Counted from the first letter of the stretch, positions 28,356-38,796 are shown. The stretch: 64,000 nucleotides of DNA from Myxococcota bacterium (GCA_039208735.1 JBCCQY010000014.1:1-64000); one strand, 5' to 3'. Notes: generated by a model not told the origin, from the sequence alone. A program made the numbers and translations.

Positions 28356-29135
28356 TCAGGACAAGTCCCCCTCGGGATCATCGACTGGATCCAACTGCCA
28401 CAAGTCGTCGCGGACCTCGGAGGTGGCAGGTGAAAGGCGAGCAATCGCGCGTTCTACAAGCGCCTCATAGAACGGCAGTGCCGCCGGGTGATGCGCCTGT
28501 AGCGCGGCGCGGTGACCATCGAGGGTGGTCTGGTCTGACCGCGCGATGGGTCCGGTGAGGGCTTGGGGAAGGCCGAGTGCCGCGTTGTTCACCGAACGGA
28601 GGGCCAACGGCGTCAGCACGTCGAAGGCAACTTCGCGCCCGACCCCAGCGTGCTCGAGGACCGTCGCGGCTTCGTCCATCAACACCATGGCGAGGTTGCC
28701 GGCAATCACCGCGGCGGCATGGTACAGCCGCCGGTCGCCGGGAACCTCGAAGGCTCGCATGCCCACGTCATCCGCCAACCGGCGTGCTACGCCAAGGGCT
28801 TCAGGCTCACCCGCAAGGGCGACGGGAACGTCGCTGGGGTCCGGCAGCCCCAGTTCCGGGCCCGGAAAGGTCATCAGGGGATGAAAGCTGCCACGGCGTT
28901 GGTGGGGCGCAAGAACGTCCAGGTCGAGCGCTCCTGCGCAATGCAGCACCACGGGCCCCTGCGGCACAGCCTGGGCGACCTCGGCGACCGCATGGTCAGG
29001 AACCGTGAGCAGCACCACGTCGGAGTGCTTCGGGAGCGACAAGTCCCGGCCCACCGTTGTCACGTCGTACAACGGTGCGAAGAGCACCGCGAGACTCCGA
29101 CCCAGTCGCCCTGGCCCAACGATGCAAACGTTCAC
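28356..29135 (-). CDS. Rossmann-like and DUF2520 domain oxidoreductase
   Basis: Motifs IVGPGRLG, HPLMTF, YHAAAVIAGN and ALTGPIARSD...H. Confidence 0.88.
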   Translation of the reverse strand: MNVCIVGPGRLGRSLAVLFAPLYDVTTVGRDLSLPKHSDVVLLTVPDHAVAEVAQAVPQGPVVLHCAGALDLDVLAPHQRRGSFHPLMTFPGPELGLPDPSDVPVALAGEPEALGVARRLADDVGMRAFEVPGDRRLYHAAAVIAGNLAMVLMDEAATVLEHAGVGREVAFDVLTPLALRSVNNAALGLPQALTGPIARSDQTTLDGHRAALQAHHPAALPFYEALVERAIARLSPATSEVRDDLWQLDPVDDPEGDLS

Positions 29136-30046
29136 GCGTTGGTATGGTGCAATGGCAGCGTATCGTTGGGCCGCCCGTCCTTTTTGATGCCATGGAACCG
29201 GAGGCGTTCGAGCTCCGAATCGACCTCCGCGCCAAACAGGATCGACATCGCCGTCAGCCAGAACCACAGCAGCAGAACGATGATGCTGACGAGGCTGCCG
29301 TAGGTCTCACTAAGACCCCCGATGTTGCCGACGTAAAACGAAAAGCCCGCCGAAACGATGAGGAACGCCGCTGTGGCCATGACCGCTCCGGGGGTGAGGA
29401 ACGCGAATCGGTGGCGCTTCCGGCATGGCGCGAAGTGGTAGAGCCATGACAGGTAGGTCGCCATGGCTAAGGCGAGTAGCGGCCACCGGACGATTTCGAG
29501 CGCGCGCTTCACCGCCTCGCCGATGTAGCCGAGCCATTCGAAGATCGGCAGAGCGATGAACGCGCCCGTCGCAAGGGCAGCGACGAGGAAACCCAGCAAA
29601 AGCAGCCCGATGCCCAGTAGGTTGTTGGCGACAAAGCCTCGAGTTTCTGGGAGGTCCCAGGCGATGTTGAGGCCGGTCACGAGCCCCTTCACACCCGTGT
29701 TGGCCGCCCATACCGAAGCCAGGAACGCCCCAACTGCACCGATGGTCAGCGACGTTCGTTCCTCGGCACTGGTGAGTCGGGTGAGCCGGGCTTCGATGAG
29801 ATCCGCCGCTTCACCGGGGAGCAGGCTCATGTAGGGCCCGATGCTGTCGAGGACTTCAGCCGGATCTGCGACCATGGCCCAGATCGACACGCCGGTCGCC
29901 AAGGCGGGAAACAGCGCCAGAAGCCAGAAGAAGGCTACTCCTGCCGCGACCAGCGGCACGTGGTCGTGCTCGAACTCGATCCGCAATCGGTTTGCGAGGT
30001 ACAGCCAAGTCTCTGGGCTGGTCCAAGAGACGGAAGATGCAGTCAT
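29132..30046 (-). CDS. YihY/BrkB family membrane protein
   Basis: Motifs AAGVAFFWLLALFP and TYGSLVSIIVLLLWFWL...LFGAEV. Confidence 0.9.
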   Translation of the reverse strand: MTASSVSWTSPETWLYLANRLRIEFEHDHVPLVAAGVAFFWLLALFPALATGVSIWAMVADPAEVLDSIGPYMSLLPGEAADLIEARLTRLTSAEERTSLTIGAVGAFLASVWAANTGVKGLVTGLNIAWDLPETRGFVANNLLGIGLLLLGFLVAALATGAFIALPIFEWLGYIGEAVKRALEIVRWPLLALAMATYLSWLYHFAPCRKRHRFAFLTPGAVMATAAFLIVSAGFSFYVGNIGGLSETYGSLVSIIVLLLWFWLTAMSILFGAEVDSELERLRFHGIKKDGRPNDTLPLHHTNA

Positions 30047-30193
30047 GATCGGCCCCCCGGGCCACCATAGACCGATGGACGCGGGCGGGCGTGTGACCTG
30101 TGCGTTACCCCATCCGGGTTCGGGGCGTGCGACCCCGCCCGACACTCAAACCCCACGATCGCTCGGTGCGCATCGTGACCCCGAGGCAGCGAA

Positions 30194-30577
30194 ATGCGTG
30201 GCTACCGGCCTGAGCGCGTGGCCGAGCTCATCCACCGGGAGCTTGGGCAACGCCTGTTGACCGAAATCAAAGATCCGCGGGTGACCCCGATCTCGATTAC
30301 CCATGTGCAGGTCAACCGGGATCTCTCGCGAGCAGTGATTCAGTTTCTGCCGCTTGGCGGAGGGACGGTCAGTCCCGATCTGATCGATGGGCTCGATCAC
30401 GCTGCGCGACAGCTGCGAGGTCCAATTGGTCGGGCGTTGCGTTTGCGCCACGCGCCCGAACTCGTGTTCGAAGTCGACACGCATACCGAAGAGGCGGTCC
30501 GCATGACGCAGATCCTCGACGAGATCGGTGAGGAGCTGCGGCAAGGCGAAGACGCCGAGACAGGAGACGAGGAGTGA
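30194..30577 (+). CDS. rbfA: Ribosome-binding factor A
   Basis: Motifs RPERVAELIHREL, IKDPRV and LRLRHAPELVF. Confidence 0.96.
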   Translation: MRGYRPERVAELIHRELGQRLLTEIKDPRVTPISITHVQVNRDLSRAVIQFLPLGGGTVSPDLIDGLDHAARQLRGPIGRALRLRHAPELVFEVDTHTEEAVRMTQILDEIGEELRQGEDAETGDEE

Positions 30578-31536
30578 ACCTCAACGGCTTTTTGGTCGTC
30601 GATAAACCAGCTGGCATCACCTCCCACGACGTGGTGGCAGCCGTTCGAGCGTGCACTGGGATCAAGAAAGTGGGCCACACCGGCACGCTGGATCCCTTTG
30701 CGACCGGTGTGTTGCCCCTTGCGCTGGGCCGTTCGACCCGACTCATTCAGTTTCTCGATGAGTCGATCAAGGTCTACGATGCGACCATTCGCTTTGGAAC
30801 CAGCACCAATACGGGGGATCCGACGGGTGAAGTCGCAACGACGGCACCCTTGCCCGAAGCCGATGAGGCCGACGTGCTGACCGTGCTCGATGGCTTTCTC
30901 GGAGAACGGCAACAGGAGCCGCCGGCCTTCTCGGCGGTCAAGGTCGCCGGCAAGCCGATGTACCACTACGCCCGCAAGGGTGAACCCGTGAAAGCCAAGG
31001 CGCGGACGATCCATCTGCATGCACTTGAGCTCATCGACTACGACCAACAGACCCTCCGCATCAAGATCACGTGCAGTCGGGGCACCTACGCACGGGTGTT
31101 GGCCGACGAGATCGCGTTGGCGTTGGGCTCGGCGGGACACCTCGAGGCGTTGAACCGGGATCGGTCGGGCCCCTTCTACATCGAAGATGCGGTAGGTCTC
31201 GACACGATTGCAGCGTTCGTAACCGCTGAAGAAGGGCATGAGTGGCCCGCCGTGCTCATGGCGAAACGGGGTGAGCCCCGGGTGCCCTGGCGAAGCAAGC
31301 AGGATGTCGCAGAGGCCCTGTCGACCCACATTCGATCCGAATTGCGGAGCCTCGATCACCTTCCGCTGGCCGACGTGCCCGCGCCAGATGCCGAGCGGGT
31401 TCGTCAGGGCGGCCATCCGCCCCCGCCTCCGCGAGGGGTCGCGATGGGGGATCGGTACCTCGTCGTGTGTGGCGAACGGTTGGTGGCGGTGGCTGAGAAC
31501 AGCCATCGTGGGCCACGGCTGCTTCGCGTGGCGTGA
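30574..31536 (+). CDS. truB: tRNA pseudouridine(55) synthase
   Basis: Motifs DKPAGITSHDVV, KVGHTGTLDPFATGVL and CSRGTYAR. Confidence 0.97.
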   Translation: MNLNGFLVVDKPAGITSHDVVAAVRACTGIKKVGHTGTLDPFATGVLPLALGRSTRLIQFLDESIKVYDATIRFGTSTNTGDPTGEVATTAPLPEADEADVLTVLDGFLGERQQEPPAFSAVKVAGKPMYHYARKGEPVKAKARTIHLHALELIDYDQQTLRIKITCSRGTYARVLADEIALALGSAGHLEALNRDRSGPFYIEDAVGLDTIAAFVTAEEGHEWPAVLMAKRGEPRVPWRSKQDVAEALSTHIRSELRSLDHLPLADVPAPDAERVRQGGHPPPPPRGVAMGDRYLVVCGERLVAVAENSHRGPRLLRVA

Positions 31537-31630
31537 TTTGCCTTGACGAGGTCTCGATCCTAGGGCACATCGCCAAGACGCGCGGGCGTCGTTGCATCGA
31601 CCGCCCCACGATTTCTTTCACAACCACGCA

Positions 31631-31693
31631 GCCCTGGCGAGGGTGGGTGCCATCCCCATCCATCCGCTCGGGCTCGCGCGAGGAGAAGCAGAG
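31631..31693 (+). promoter_or_regulatory. Candidate rpsO (S15) leader hairpin
   Basis: GCCCTGGCG...GGGTGGG/CCCATCC...CGCTCGGGC stem just upstream of the rpsO RBS. Confidence 0.4.
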
Positions 31694-31963
31694 ATGGCAC
31701 TCACCACTGAAGACCGCGCGACGATCGTGTCGGATTACGGCAGCAAAGAAGGCGACACCGGTTCGGCCGATGTTCAGGTTGCCTTGCTGACCAGCCGCAT
31801 CAAGTACCTGACGGATCACCTGAAGGTCCACAAGAAGGACCACAGTTCGCGCCGTGGATTGCTCAAGTTGGTTGGTCAGCGTCGCAAGCTGCTTCGCTAC
31901 ATCAAGAACAAGTCTGTGGAGCGCTACCAGACGCTCATCAAGCGTCTTGGAATCCGTCGCTGA
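31694..31963 (+). CDS. rpsO: 30S ribosomal protein S15
   Basis: [14 protein letters not shown]...[22 protein letters not shown], 89 aa. Confidence 0.99.
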   Translation: MALTTEDRATIVSDYGSKEGDTGSADVQVALLTSRIKYLTDHLKVHKKDHSSRRGLLKLVGQRRKLLRYIKNKSVERYQTLIKRLGIRR

Positions 31964-32007
31964 GCGTCTGATTTCGTGCGTACCCGGTCATTCAAGGGTA
32001 CTGAGCC

Positions 32008-32039
32008 CGCGGACGCAATGGTGCGTCCGCGATCTTTTT
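32008..32039 (+). terminator. Intrinsic terminator after rpsO
   Basis: CGCGGACGCA-atgg-TGCGTCCGCG followed by atcTTTTT. Confidence 0.8.
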
Positions 32040-32068
32040 CAGTGCCGAACGACCGACGGAATGCTGCA

Positions 32069-32260
32069 CCTTCGCAGATCTCCGACGCCGGGACATCACC
32101 GATGTCCCTGCGCCGCAGGTCTGTGAGGGCCTGAATCCCCAGACTGGGTTCCCCGAGAAGAAGACGGGAGGAGCCTGGTTAGGGCGGGCATGGGGTCGCA
32201 ACTACGCGGAAACGCGAGTTTGCGATGCCGGATGCTGGATGGTGTGGACCTCCGCCCCTG
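32069..32260 (+). promoter_or_regulatory. Structured pnp 5' leader (three or more hairpins)
   Basis: Stems 32069-32081/32117-32129 (inner GGGACATC/GATGTCCC), 32142-32155/32165-32180, and a GAAA-capped stem 32196-32225. Confidence 0.6.
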
Positions 32261-32328
32261 GTCGATCGGCTGTCGAAACGTCCGAACGGGTGCGTGTGCA
32301 AACACGGGCCGGTCGGACTGGAGTACGC

Positions 32329-34449
32329 ATGACAGCTACGATTCCCAATCGAGTCACGGCCGAGGTACAGCTCGGCGAGTCCACCCTTACCTTTGAAACC
32401 GGTCAGCTTGCGAAGCAGGCTAGCGGCGCAGTCGTCGTTCGTTCGGGCGACACGATGGTGCTCGTCACCGCGGTGGCCGCTCCCGCCCAGCGTGTCTTCG
32501 ACTTCCTTCCGTTGACCGTAGATTATCAGGACCGCAACGGTGCGAGTGGCACCATTCCGGGTGGTTTCCTGAAGCGCGAAGGACGGTCCACCGAACGCGA
32601 GACGCTCATTTCGCGGCTCATCGATCGGCCTTTACGTCCCATGTTCCCGAAGCACTTCCGCGGCGCGGAATTGCAGGTCATTGCCACGGCGATGTCCTAC
32701 GATCCCGACCACGAATCGGATGTCCTCGCCCTCTGTGGTGCATCGGCGGCATTTCACATCTCCGATGCGCCCATGTCTGACCCCGTAGCGGGGGTTCGCG
32801 TTTGCCGGGTGGACGGTCAGCTCAAGGTCAACCCGAACAAGGCGGACATCCTCAAGGCCGACATCAACCTCATTATCGCGGGCACCCGCGACGCCATCAC
32901 GATGGTGGAAGGTGGGGCGGCCGAAGCGCCAGAAGATGCCATGCTGGATTGCTTCGACCTGGCGCAGGAATGCATCGTCAAGATCATCGATGCCATTGAA
33001 GATCTACGCAAGCAAGTCGGCAAGCCCAAGATGGAGGTTCCTGAACCTCCCACGCTCGACGACAAGGTGACGAAATACATCGCTCGCTACGGCAAGCGGC
33101 CCCTGCAAAAAGCACTAGCCACACCAGGCAAGCACGAGCGGAAGGCGGCGCTGAAGGAAGCGCGTGGCGCGATCATCGAAAAGGTCACCGCGAAGGATGA
33201 AGACCCCGAGGTCATTGCCCAGAAGACCAGCGACGCCAAGGAGGCCTGGGAGGGCCTGCTTCGCAAGGTCATGCGCGAGCAGGTCATCGCCGAGTCGAAG
33301 CGGATCGACGGGCGATCTCCCGACGAGATTCGCGACATTTGGTGCAACGTAGGGATGGCGCCTCGCGCGCACGGCTCGGCCATCTTCACCCGCGGTGAGA
33401 CCCAGGCCTTTGTGACCATCGCCTTGGGTACCGAGGTGGATGGACAGCGCCTCGAATTGCCCGGCGGCAAAGAAGAGCGCACCTGGATGCTCACCTACAA
33501 CTTCCCTCCGTTCAGCACCGGCGAGGCCCGTCCCCTCCGCGGACCCAAGCGTCGCGAAATCGGTCACGGAGCGTTGTCGCGTCGCGCGTTGGTACCGGTC
33601 CTTCCCGATGCGAAGACCTTCCCTTACGTGTTGCGTTCGACCTCCGAAGTCCTCGAGTCCAATGGGTCGTCATCGATGGCGACGGTGTGTGGCTCCACCC
33701 TTGCCCTCATGGACGCAGGGGTGCCCATCACCGAACCGGTGGCGGGGATCGCGATGGGTCTCATCAAGGAAGGCGAGGATTACGCCGTCCTGTCCGATAT
33801 CCTCGGCGATGAAGACCACCTCGGCGACATGGACTTCAAGGTCACGGGCACGTCGAAGGGCATCACGGCCTTCCAGATGGACTGCAAGATCAAGGGTGTG
33901 AGCCGTGAGATCATGGCCAAGGCCATGGCCCAGGCGCGCGATGGGCGACTGCACATCCTCGCCGAGATGAAGAAGGCCATCGAGGCTCCTCGCGAGGATC
34001 TCTCGCCTTATGCACCGCGCATCACCACGATCCACATCAAGCCCGACAAGATTCGTGACCTGATCGGTCCTGGGGGCAAGGTGATCCGCTCGATCCAGGA
34101 GTCCTGTGAGGTGCGCATTACCGTCGACGACTCGGGTCGGGTCGACGTCGCGAGTGCGAACCAGGAAAACACCGACAAGGCCATTCAGATGGTCCGAGAA
34201 ATCACCCAGGAAGCCGAGATTGGCTCGCTGTACGTCGGTGTGGTCAAGCGCATCGTCGACTTCGGCGCGTTTGTCGAGATCTTCCCTGGCACCGACGGCC
34301 TCATTCACATCAGCCACCTCGCCCAAGAGCGCGTGGACAAGGTCACCGATGTCCTTCAGGAGGGTGATGAGGTGCTGGTTCGCGTCATTGATGTGGATCG
34401 GTCGGGCAAGATCCGGCTGTCGCGCAAGGAAGCGTTGGAAAGCCTCTGA
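32329..34449 (+). CDS. pnp: Polyribonucleotide nucleotidyltransferase (PNPase)
   Basis: Motifs [41 protein letters not shown] and GDMDFKV, plus KH and S1 domains. Confidence 0.99.
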   Translation: MTATIPNRVTAEVQLGESTLTFETGQLAKQASGAVVVRSGDTMVLVTAVAAPAQRVFDFLPLTVDYQDRNGASGTIPGGFLKREGRSTERETLISRLIDRPLRPMFPKHFRGAELQVIATAMSYDPDHESDVLALCGASAAFHISDAPMSDPVAGVRVCRVDGQLKVNPNKADILKADINLIIAGTRDAITMVEGGAAEAPEDAMLDCFDLAQECIVKIIDAIEDLRKQVGKPKMEVPEPPTLDDKVTKYIARYGKRPLQKALATPGKHERKAALKEARGAIIEKVTAKDEDPEVIAQKTSDAKEAWEGLLRKVMREQVIAESKRIDGRSPDEIRDIWCNVGMAPRAHGSAIFTRGETQAFVTIALGTEVDGQRLELPGGKEERTWMLTYNFPPFSTGEARPLRGPKRREIGHGALSRRALVPVLPDAKTFPYVLRSTSEVLESNGSSSMATVCGSTLALMDAGVPITEPVAGIAMGLIKEGEDYAVLSDILGDEDHLGDMDFKVTGTSKGITAFQMDCKIKGVSREIMAKAMAQARDGRLHILAEMKKAIEAPREDLSPYAPRITTIHIKPDKIRDLIGPGGKVIRSIQESCEVRITVDDSGRVDVASANQENTDKAIQMVREITQEAEIGSLYVGVVKRIVDFGAFVEIFPGTDGLIHISHLAQERVDKVTDVLQEGDEVLVRVIDVDRSGKIRLSRKEALESL

Positions 34450-34910
34450 TGGCAGATTCGGTCTCCATTTCGGTTGCCCTTGAAGTGCTGCCGCACGGTG
34501 AGGGACTTCCCCTGCCGGCCTACCAGACGGCCGGAGCCGCAGGGGCCGATTTGGTGGCCGCAATCACCGAGCCGCTTGAGCTATCTCCAGGGACCCGCCA
34601 CGCCGTGCCCACAGGCATTCGCTTGGCGCTCCCGGATGGCTACGAAGCGCAGGTCCGACCTCGATCGGGGCTTGCGTTGCGTCACGGCATCACCGTGGTG
34701 AATGCTCCCGGCACGGTCGATGCCGATTACCGAGGTGAGATCTTGGTTCCGCTTGTGAACCTCTCGGACGTCCCGTACTGCATCGAACGTGGGGAACGAA
34801 TCGCTCAAATGGTGATCGCTCCCGTCACGCGTGCGGTGTGGAGTGTCGTCGACGACGTGGGCGACAACACCGTGCGCGGAACGTCCAGATTTGGGTCGAC
34901 CGGACGCTGA
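34449..34910 (+). CDS. dut: dUTP diphosphatase
   Basis: Motifs [24 protein letters not shown] and [10 protein letters not shown]. Confidence 0.96.
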   Translation: MADSVSISVALEVLPHGEGLPLPAYQTAGAAGADLVAAITEPLELSPGTRHAVPTGIRLALPDGYEAQVRPRSGLALRHGITVVNAPGTVDADYRGEILVPLVNLSDVPYCIERGERIAQMVIAPVTRAVWSVVDDVGDNTVRGTSRFGSTGR

Positions 34911-35543
34911 CTACTGGCGTTCGAAGTCGGTCAACCGACAGCTGACGATCTTGCTGCCGTCGATGGGTTCGAGGAAAATGTCGACCTCAGGCAGCCGGTT
35001 GGGCAGCATCCGGAAGATCATGTCCACGTCGGAGTACTTGGAACCAGCCGCGGGATCGATGGGAGAACTTGCACACGCCCGAATGAGAAGCGGCTCGGCG
35101 GTGGAGTAGGTCGCTCCCGTCGTCTCGAACATAAAGTTCTGGACGAAGGGATCGTCGAACGTGTCAATCACAAGCGTGAAGTTCGTGATCTGCGACGTCA
35201 TTTCGAGATTCGCGTCCGGCGGGAACTCGGGATCCTGGGTGCAACCGCAAGGCGCCCCAGCGGGGTAGGGCGTGGTCACGAGCTGGATGTCCTGTTGGAT
35301 CACCGACGTAATGCCAACTTCGGTTTCCTTGCCCGAACAGCTGTCGACCGCGACGTAGAACCCTTCGAGGTTCTCCACGTCATCTTTCACGGTGACCATG
35401 CCGTCAGGCCACTCTTCGACGGGGACCGTGCCCAGTGCTGTGGTCTGCAGCGCATCACAGGTCGCCTCGGTGGGAGCATCGTCGGACGAATCCCCCGAGC
35501 AGGCCATGAGCATCGTCAGCGCGAGCCCTACAACAAGACGCAT
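34911..35543 (-). CDS. Hypothetical lipoprotein
   Basis: Lipobox MLMAC and an acidic, Cys-containing mature region. Confidence 0.7.
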   Translation of the reverse strand: MRLVVGLALTMLMACSGDSSDDAPTEATCDALQTTALGTVPVEEWPDGMVTVKDDVENLEGFYVAVDSCSGKETEVGITSVIQQDIQLVTTPYPAGAPCGCTQDPEFPPDANLEMTSQITNFTLVIDTFDDPFVQNFMFETTGATYSTAEPLLIRACASSPIDPAAGSKYSDVDMIFRMLPNRLPEVDIFLEPIDGSKIVSCRLTDFERQ

Positions 35544-35642
35544 CGTTCCTCCAGGCCACGCCCCCTAACCTACGGAAGCATGGACCGCCGCGGCATCGGC
35601 CGCACGTTATGGCGATAGGACGCCGACGGAGAGAGACCGCAC

Positions 35643-37142
35643 GTGTTCGATGTGTTGACCAAGGGCTTCAAAAGCGCCCAGCTCGCCCTCCAGGGCAAAA
35701 CCGAGCTGACCGAGGACAACCTTGCCCCTGCGCTGCGCGAGGTCCGAACGTCATTGCTCCAAGCCGACGTACAACTGTCGGTCGTCAAGGACTTCTTGGC
35801 TCGGGTCAAGGAGAAGGCCCTCGGAGACATCGTTCCGGTGCGGGTCTCGGGCCAAAAGGTCCGTCTTTCGCCCCAAGATTGGTTCGTCAAGGCATGCCAT
35901 GACGAGCTGGTTGAACTCATGGGACCTGTCGACACCTCGCTCGACCTCTCGGCGAGTCCGTCGGTCATCATGATGATCGGGTTGCAAGGTTCCGGTAAGA
36001 CGACCACAACGGGCAAGTTGGCGCGAAAGTTGATGGCGGAGGGGCACAAGCCCCTGCTCGTCGCCGCCGACATTTACCGTCCGGCGGCGGTCGACCAGCT
36101 GAGGGTGATCGGGCGCAAGCTCAACGCACCCGTGTTTCACGAACCCGACACCTCTCCGGTGGAGCTGGCCCGCAAGGGCGTCACGCAGGCCCGAAACACC
36201 GATTGTGACGTCGTCATCATCGATACGGCAGGCCGACTTGCGATCGACGAAGCCCTCATGCAGGAAGTCGTCGACATCAAGGACGCGGTTCGTCCGCGAA
36301 ACGTCTTGTTTGTCGTGGACGCCATGATCGGTCAGGACGCGGTCCGTACGGCCAAGGCATTCGACGAACGACTCGATTTCACGGGCTTCGTCCTCACGAA
36401 GCTCGACGGGGACGCACGAGGGGGCGCGGCGCTCTCGATCAAGGCCGTCACGGGCAAGCCCGTCAAATTCCTCGGGCAAGGGGAAGGCCTCGACAGGCTC
36501 GAGGAATTCCGTCCCGACGGACTGGCGCAACGCATCCTTGGCATGGGCGATGTCGTCGGGCTGGTTCAGGACTTCGAGAAGCATGTCGACAAGGTCGAGG
36601 CCGAAAAAGACGCGAAGAAGATGCTTCGCGGCGACTTCGGCTACGACGACTTCGTCAAGCAGATCAAGACGATCCGGCGAATGGGGCCCCTGCGCGATCT
36701 GCTGTCGAAGATCCCGGGCTTGGGTGGAATGCTCGATCAGATCCCTGAAGAGGCCCTCGACGAACGGGAACTGGACCGAACCTTGGCGATCATTGGTTCA
36801 ATGACCATCGAGGAACGGAAGATTCCCGATGTGATGAATGAAAGTCGAATGCGTCGGATCGCGCGAGGCTGCGGCCGCGGTCTCGACGACGTGAAGTCGC
36901 TGCACGAACGATTCCTGCAGGCGCGCCAAATGATGAAGGGACTTGGCGGCTTGATGGGTAATCCCAACCAAATGGCCGCGATGCAGCAGATGATGGGCGG
37001 GGGCGGGATGCCCGGCATGCCCATGATGCCGGGGATGGGGGGCGCTCCGGAACCCCGCAAGACGCTGTCTGCCGACGAGAAAATCGCCCGTCGCAAGAAA
37101 CAAAAGGCGGCGAAGAAGGCTCGTAAGCGCAACCGACGGTGA
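35643..37142 (+). CDS. ffh: Signal recognition particle protein
   Basis: Motifs GLQGSGKTTT, DIYRPAA, DTAGR and TKLDGDARGG, plus Met-rich M domain. Confidence 0.99.
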   Translation: MFDVLTKGFKSAQLALQGKTELTEDNLAPALREVRTSLLQADVQLSVVKDFLARVKEKALGDIVPVRVSGQKVRLSPQDWFVKACHDELVELMGPVDTSLDLSASPSVIMMIGLQGSGKTTTTGKLARKLMAEGHKPLLVAADIYRPAAVDQLRVIGRKLNAPVFHEPDTSPVELARKGVTQARNTDCDVVIIDTAGRLAIDEALMQEVVDIKDAVRPRNVLFVVDAMIGQDAVRTAKAFDERLDFTGFVLTKLDGDARGGAALSIKAVTGKPVKFLGQGEGLDRLEEFRPDGLAQRILGMGDVVGLVQDFEKHVDKVEAEKDAKKMLRGDFGYDDFVKQIKTIRRMGPLRDLLSKIPGLGGMLDQIPEEALDERELDRTLAIIGSMTIEERKIPDVMNESRMRRIARGCGRGLDDVKSLHERFLQARQMMKGLGGLMGNPNQMAAMQQMMGGGGMPGMPMMPGMGGAPEPRKTLSADEKIARRKKQKAAKKARKRNRR

Positions 37143-38002
37143 CGTCGGCGATGCGGGTCGCGGTACGGCTCCCCAATCACCTTGGTGACACCGTGATGAG
37201 CTGGCCCGCGCTCGAGGGGCTGGCCGATCGTCATGAGGTGACCCTTTACGGCCCCGATGCGTTGAGGCCGTTTTGGGATGGAGGGCCGTGGCGGCCACCA
37301 GCAACGATGCCGCGCGGCGAATACGACGCGGCTGTGCTGTTCGCCCCGTCCTTTCGTGCAGCCTGGGAAGCCCGTTTGGTCCCTCGACGAATCGGAACTC
37401 CAACCGATCATCGGCGATGGCTGCTCACAGAGGCCGTGGCGCCGCGCGCTCACCGGTCCGACACCTATCGGGCCGTTGCCGGTCGTTTGGGCGCGTCCCA
37501 TCCCGCTCCGCCTCGTCTGCGAGGTCCACCCGCGGCAGGTGGTCCGGCCCACGTCGGGCTGAATCCCATCGTGAAAGGCGGCCGGACACGTCAATGGACA
37601 GGATTTGCGGCACTCGCGGATGTGCTCGCGAGGCGATTTCCCGTGCGCTTCTACGCGGGTCCTGGTGAGGGAAGGGCGCTCGCCGCAGTGGCGCCCCGAC
37701 ATCCACAGTCGGTCGGACTTCCGCTCCGTTCCTTTGCTGCGGCCCTTGGAGACTGCAGGGTGTTCGTATCGAACGACGCGGGCTCGGCTCACTTCGCAGC
37801 CGCCCTCGGAGTTCGCGTCGTCGTCCTCTACGGTTCCACGCGACCCGAGCACACCGGGCCTGCAGGGGCGTGGGCGGTCCAAGGCCCGTCTCTTCCCTGT
37901 GTGCCGTGCTACCGAAACCGCTGCCGAATTCGAACCTTCGGCTGCCTCGACATCGCGTTGAACGACGTCGTCGCTGCCGTGGAGGCCGCGTGGGATTCGT
38001 GA
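37139..38002 (+). CDS. GT9 glycosyltransferase (heptosyltransferase II-like)
   Basis: Motifs RLPNHLGDTVM, SNDAGSAHFAAALG, LYGST and CVPCY. Confidence 0.88.
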   Translation: MTSAMRVAVRLPNHLGDTVMSWPALEGLADRHEVTLYGPDALRPFWDGGPWRPPATMPRGEYDAAVLFAPSFRAAWEARLVPRRIGTPTDHRRWLLTEAVAPRAHRSDTYRAVAGRLGASHPAPPRLRGPPAAGGPAHVGLNPIVKGGRTRQWTGFAALADVLARRFPVRFYAGPGEGRALAAVAPRHPQSVGLPLRSFAAALGDCRVFVSNDAGSAHFAAALGVRVVVLYGSTRPEHTGPAGAWAVQGPSLPCVPCYRNRCRIRTFGCLDIALNDVVAAVEAAWDS

Positions 38003-38796
38003 TCCAACGGCGACGGGCGCTCGGGGACGTTGTTCTGATCGGGGCGATCACCCAGGCCTTGCCCGGACCCGTCGTCGTGCAGACGGCGGAACGCTACCGC
38101 CCCGTGGCCGAGCGACTCCGCGGTGTCGATCGCGTTGTTGGTTGGGACGAGCCTCCACCTGCGGATCACATCCGCATCGATCTTCAAGGCGGATTGCGGA
38201 AGCACAGCATTGCCCGACGCCTTCGCTTATGGGGATTGGGCTCCGGGCGACCTGCCGTAACCACTCTGTACGGTGAGGCGGCTCGGGTCCGCCCGCGCCC
38301 GCCACCCTGGATCGACTTGCCGCGACCCGACGCCAAGGCCCTGGTGCTGATTCCAGGGGCAAGCACCGCGCTCAAGCAACCGCCCCCCTCGCTCCTCCGC
38401 GAAGCCGCAGACCAGTGGGAGGGGCCTGTGCTCGTGGTCGGTGGGCCCGAAGATTCGGCGGCGCTCGACGCCCTTACGCCCCTATCGATTCACCAGGACC
38501 GAAAAGGGTTTACGGAGACCTTCCGCTCGTTTGCCCAAGCCCAGGTCGTCGTCGGAGGAGACACGGGGCTTGCGCACCTGGCCGCGGCTTGTGGCATTCC
38601 CACGGTTGCGGTGGCCGGCCCAACCCATCCCGACGACGGCTTTCTTCGTGAACATTTCGCAGCCGTGCTGGGCCGCAATGTGGGATGCCGCCCGTGTACG
38701 TTGCATCGACGTACCTGGTGCTGGCGCGGAGATCGTCGGTGCTTTGACCTCGATCCACGGGAATTGGTTCGCAGGATTCGGGCATGCGCTGGTTGA
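37999..38796 (+). CDS. GT9 glycosyltransferase
   Basis: Motifs ALGDVVL, GGDTGLAHLAAACG, GPT and CRPC. Confidence 0.85.
   Translation: MIQRRRALGDVVLIGAITQALPGPVVVQTAERYRPVAERLRGVDRVVGWDEPPPADHIRIDLQGGLRKHSIARRLRLWGLGSGRPAVTTLYGEAARVRPRPPPWIDLPRPDAKALVLIPGASTALKQPPPSLLREAADQWEGPVLVVGGPEDSAALDALTPLSIHQDRKGFTETFRSFAQAQVVVGGDTGLAHLAAACGIPTVAVAGPTHPDDGFLREHFAAVLGRNVGCRPCTLHRRTWCWRGDRRCFDLDPRELVRRIRACAG

Noticed and set aside
31538..31571. Sigma70 promoter for rpsO (TTGACG at 31543)
   Set aside because: No convincing -10 element at a proper spacing.
31964..32328. Possible tRNA, SRP RNA or 6S RNA in the long intergenic region
   Set aside because: No cloverleaf, T-loop or SRP domain IV motif was recognised. 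Kept only as a structured leader.
36990..37050. Met/Gly/Pro low-complexity repeat in ffh
   Set aside because: Ordinary feature of Ffh M-domain tails.
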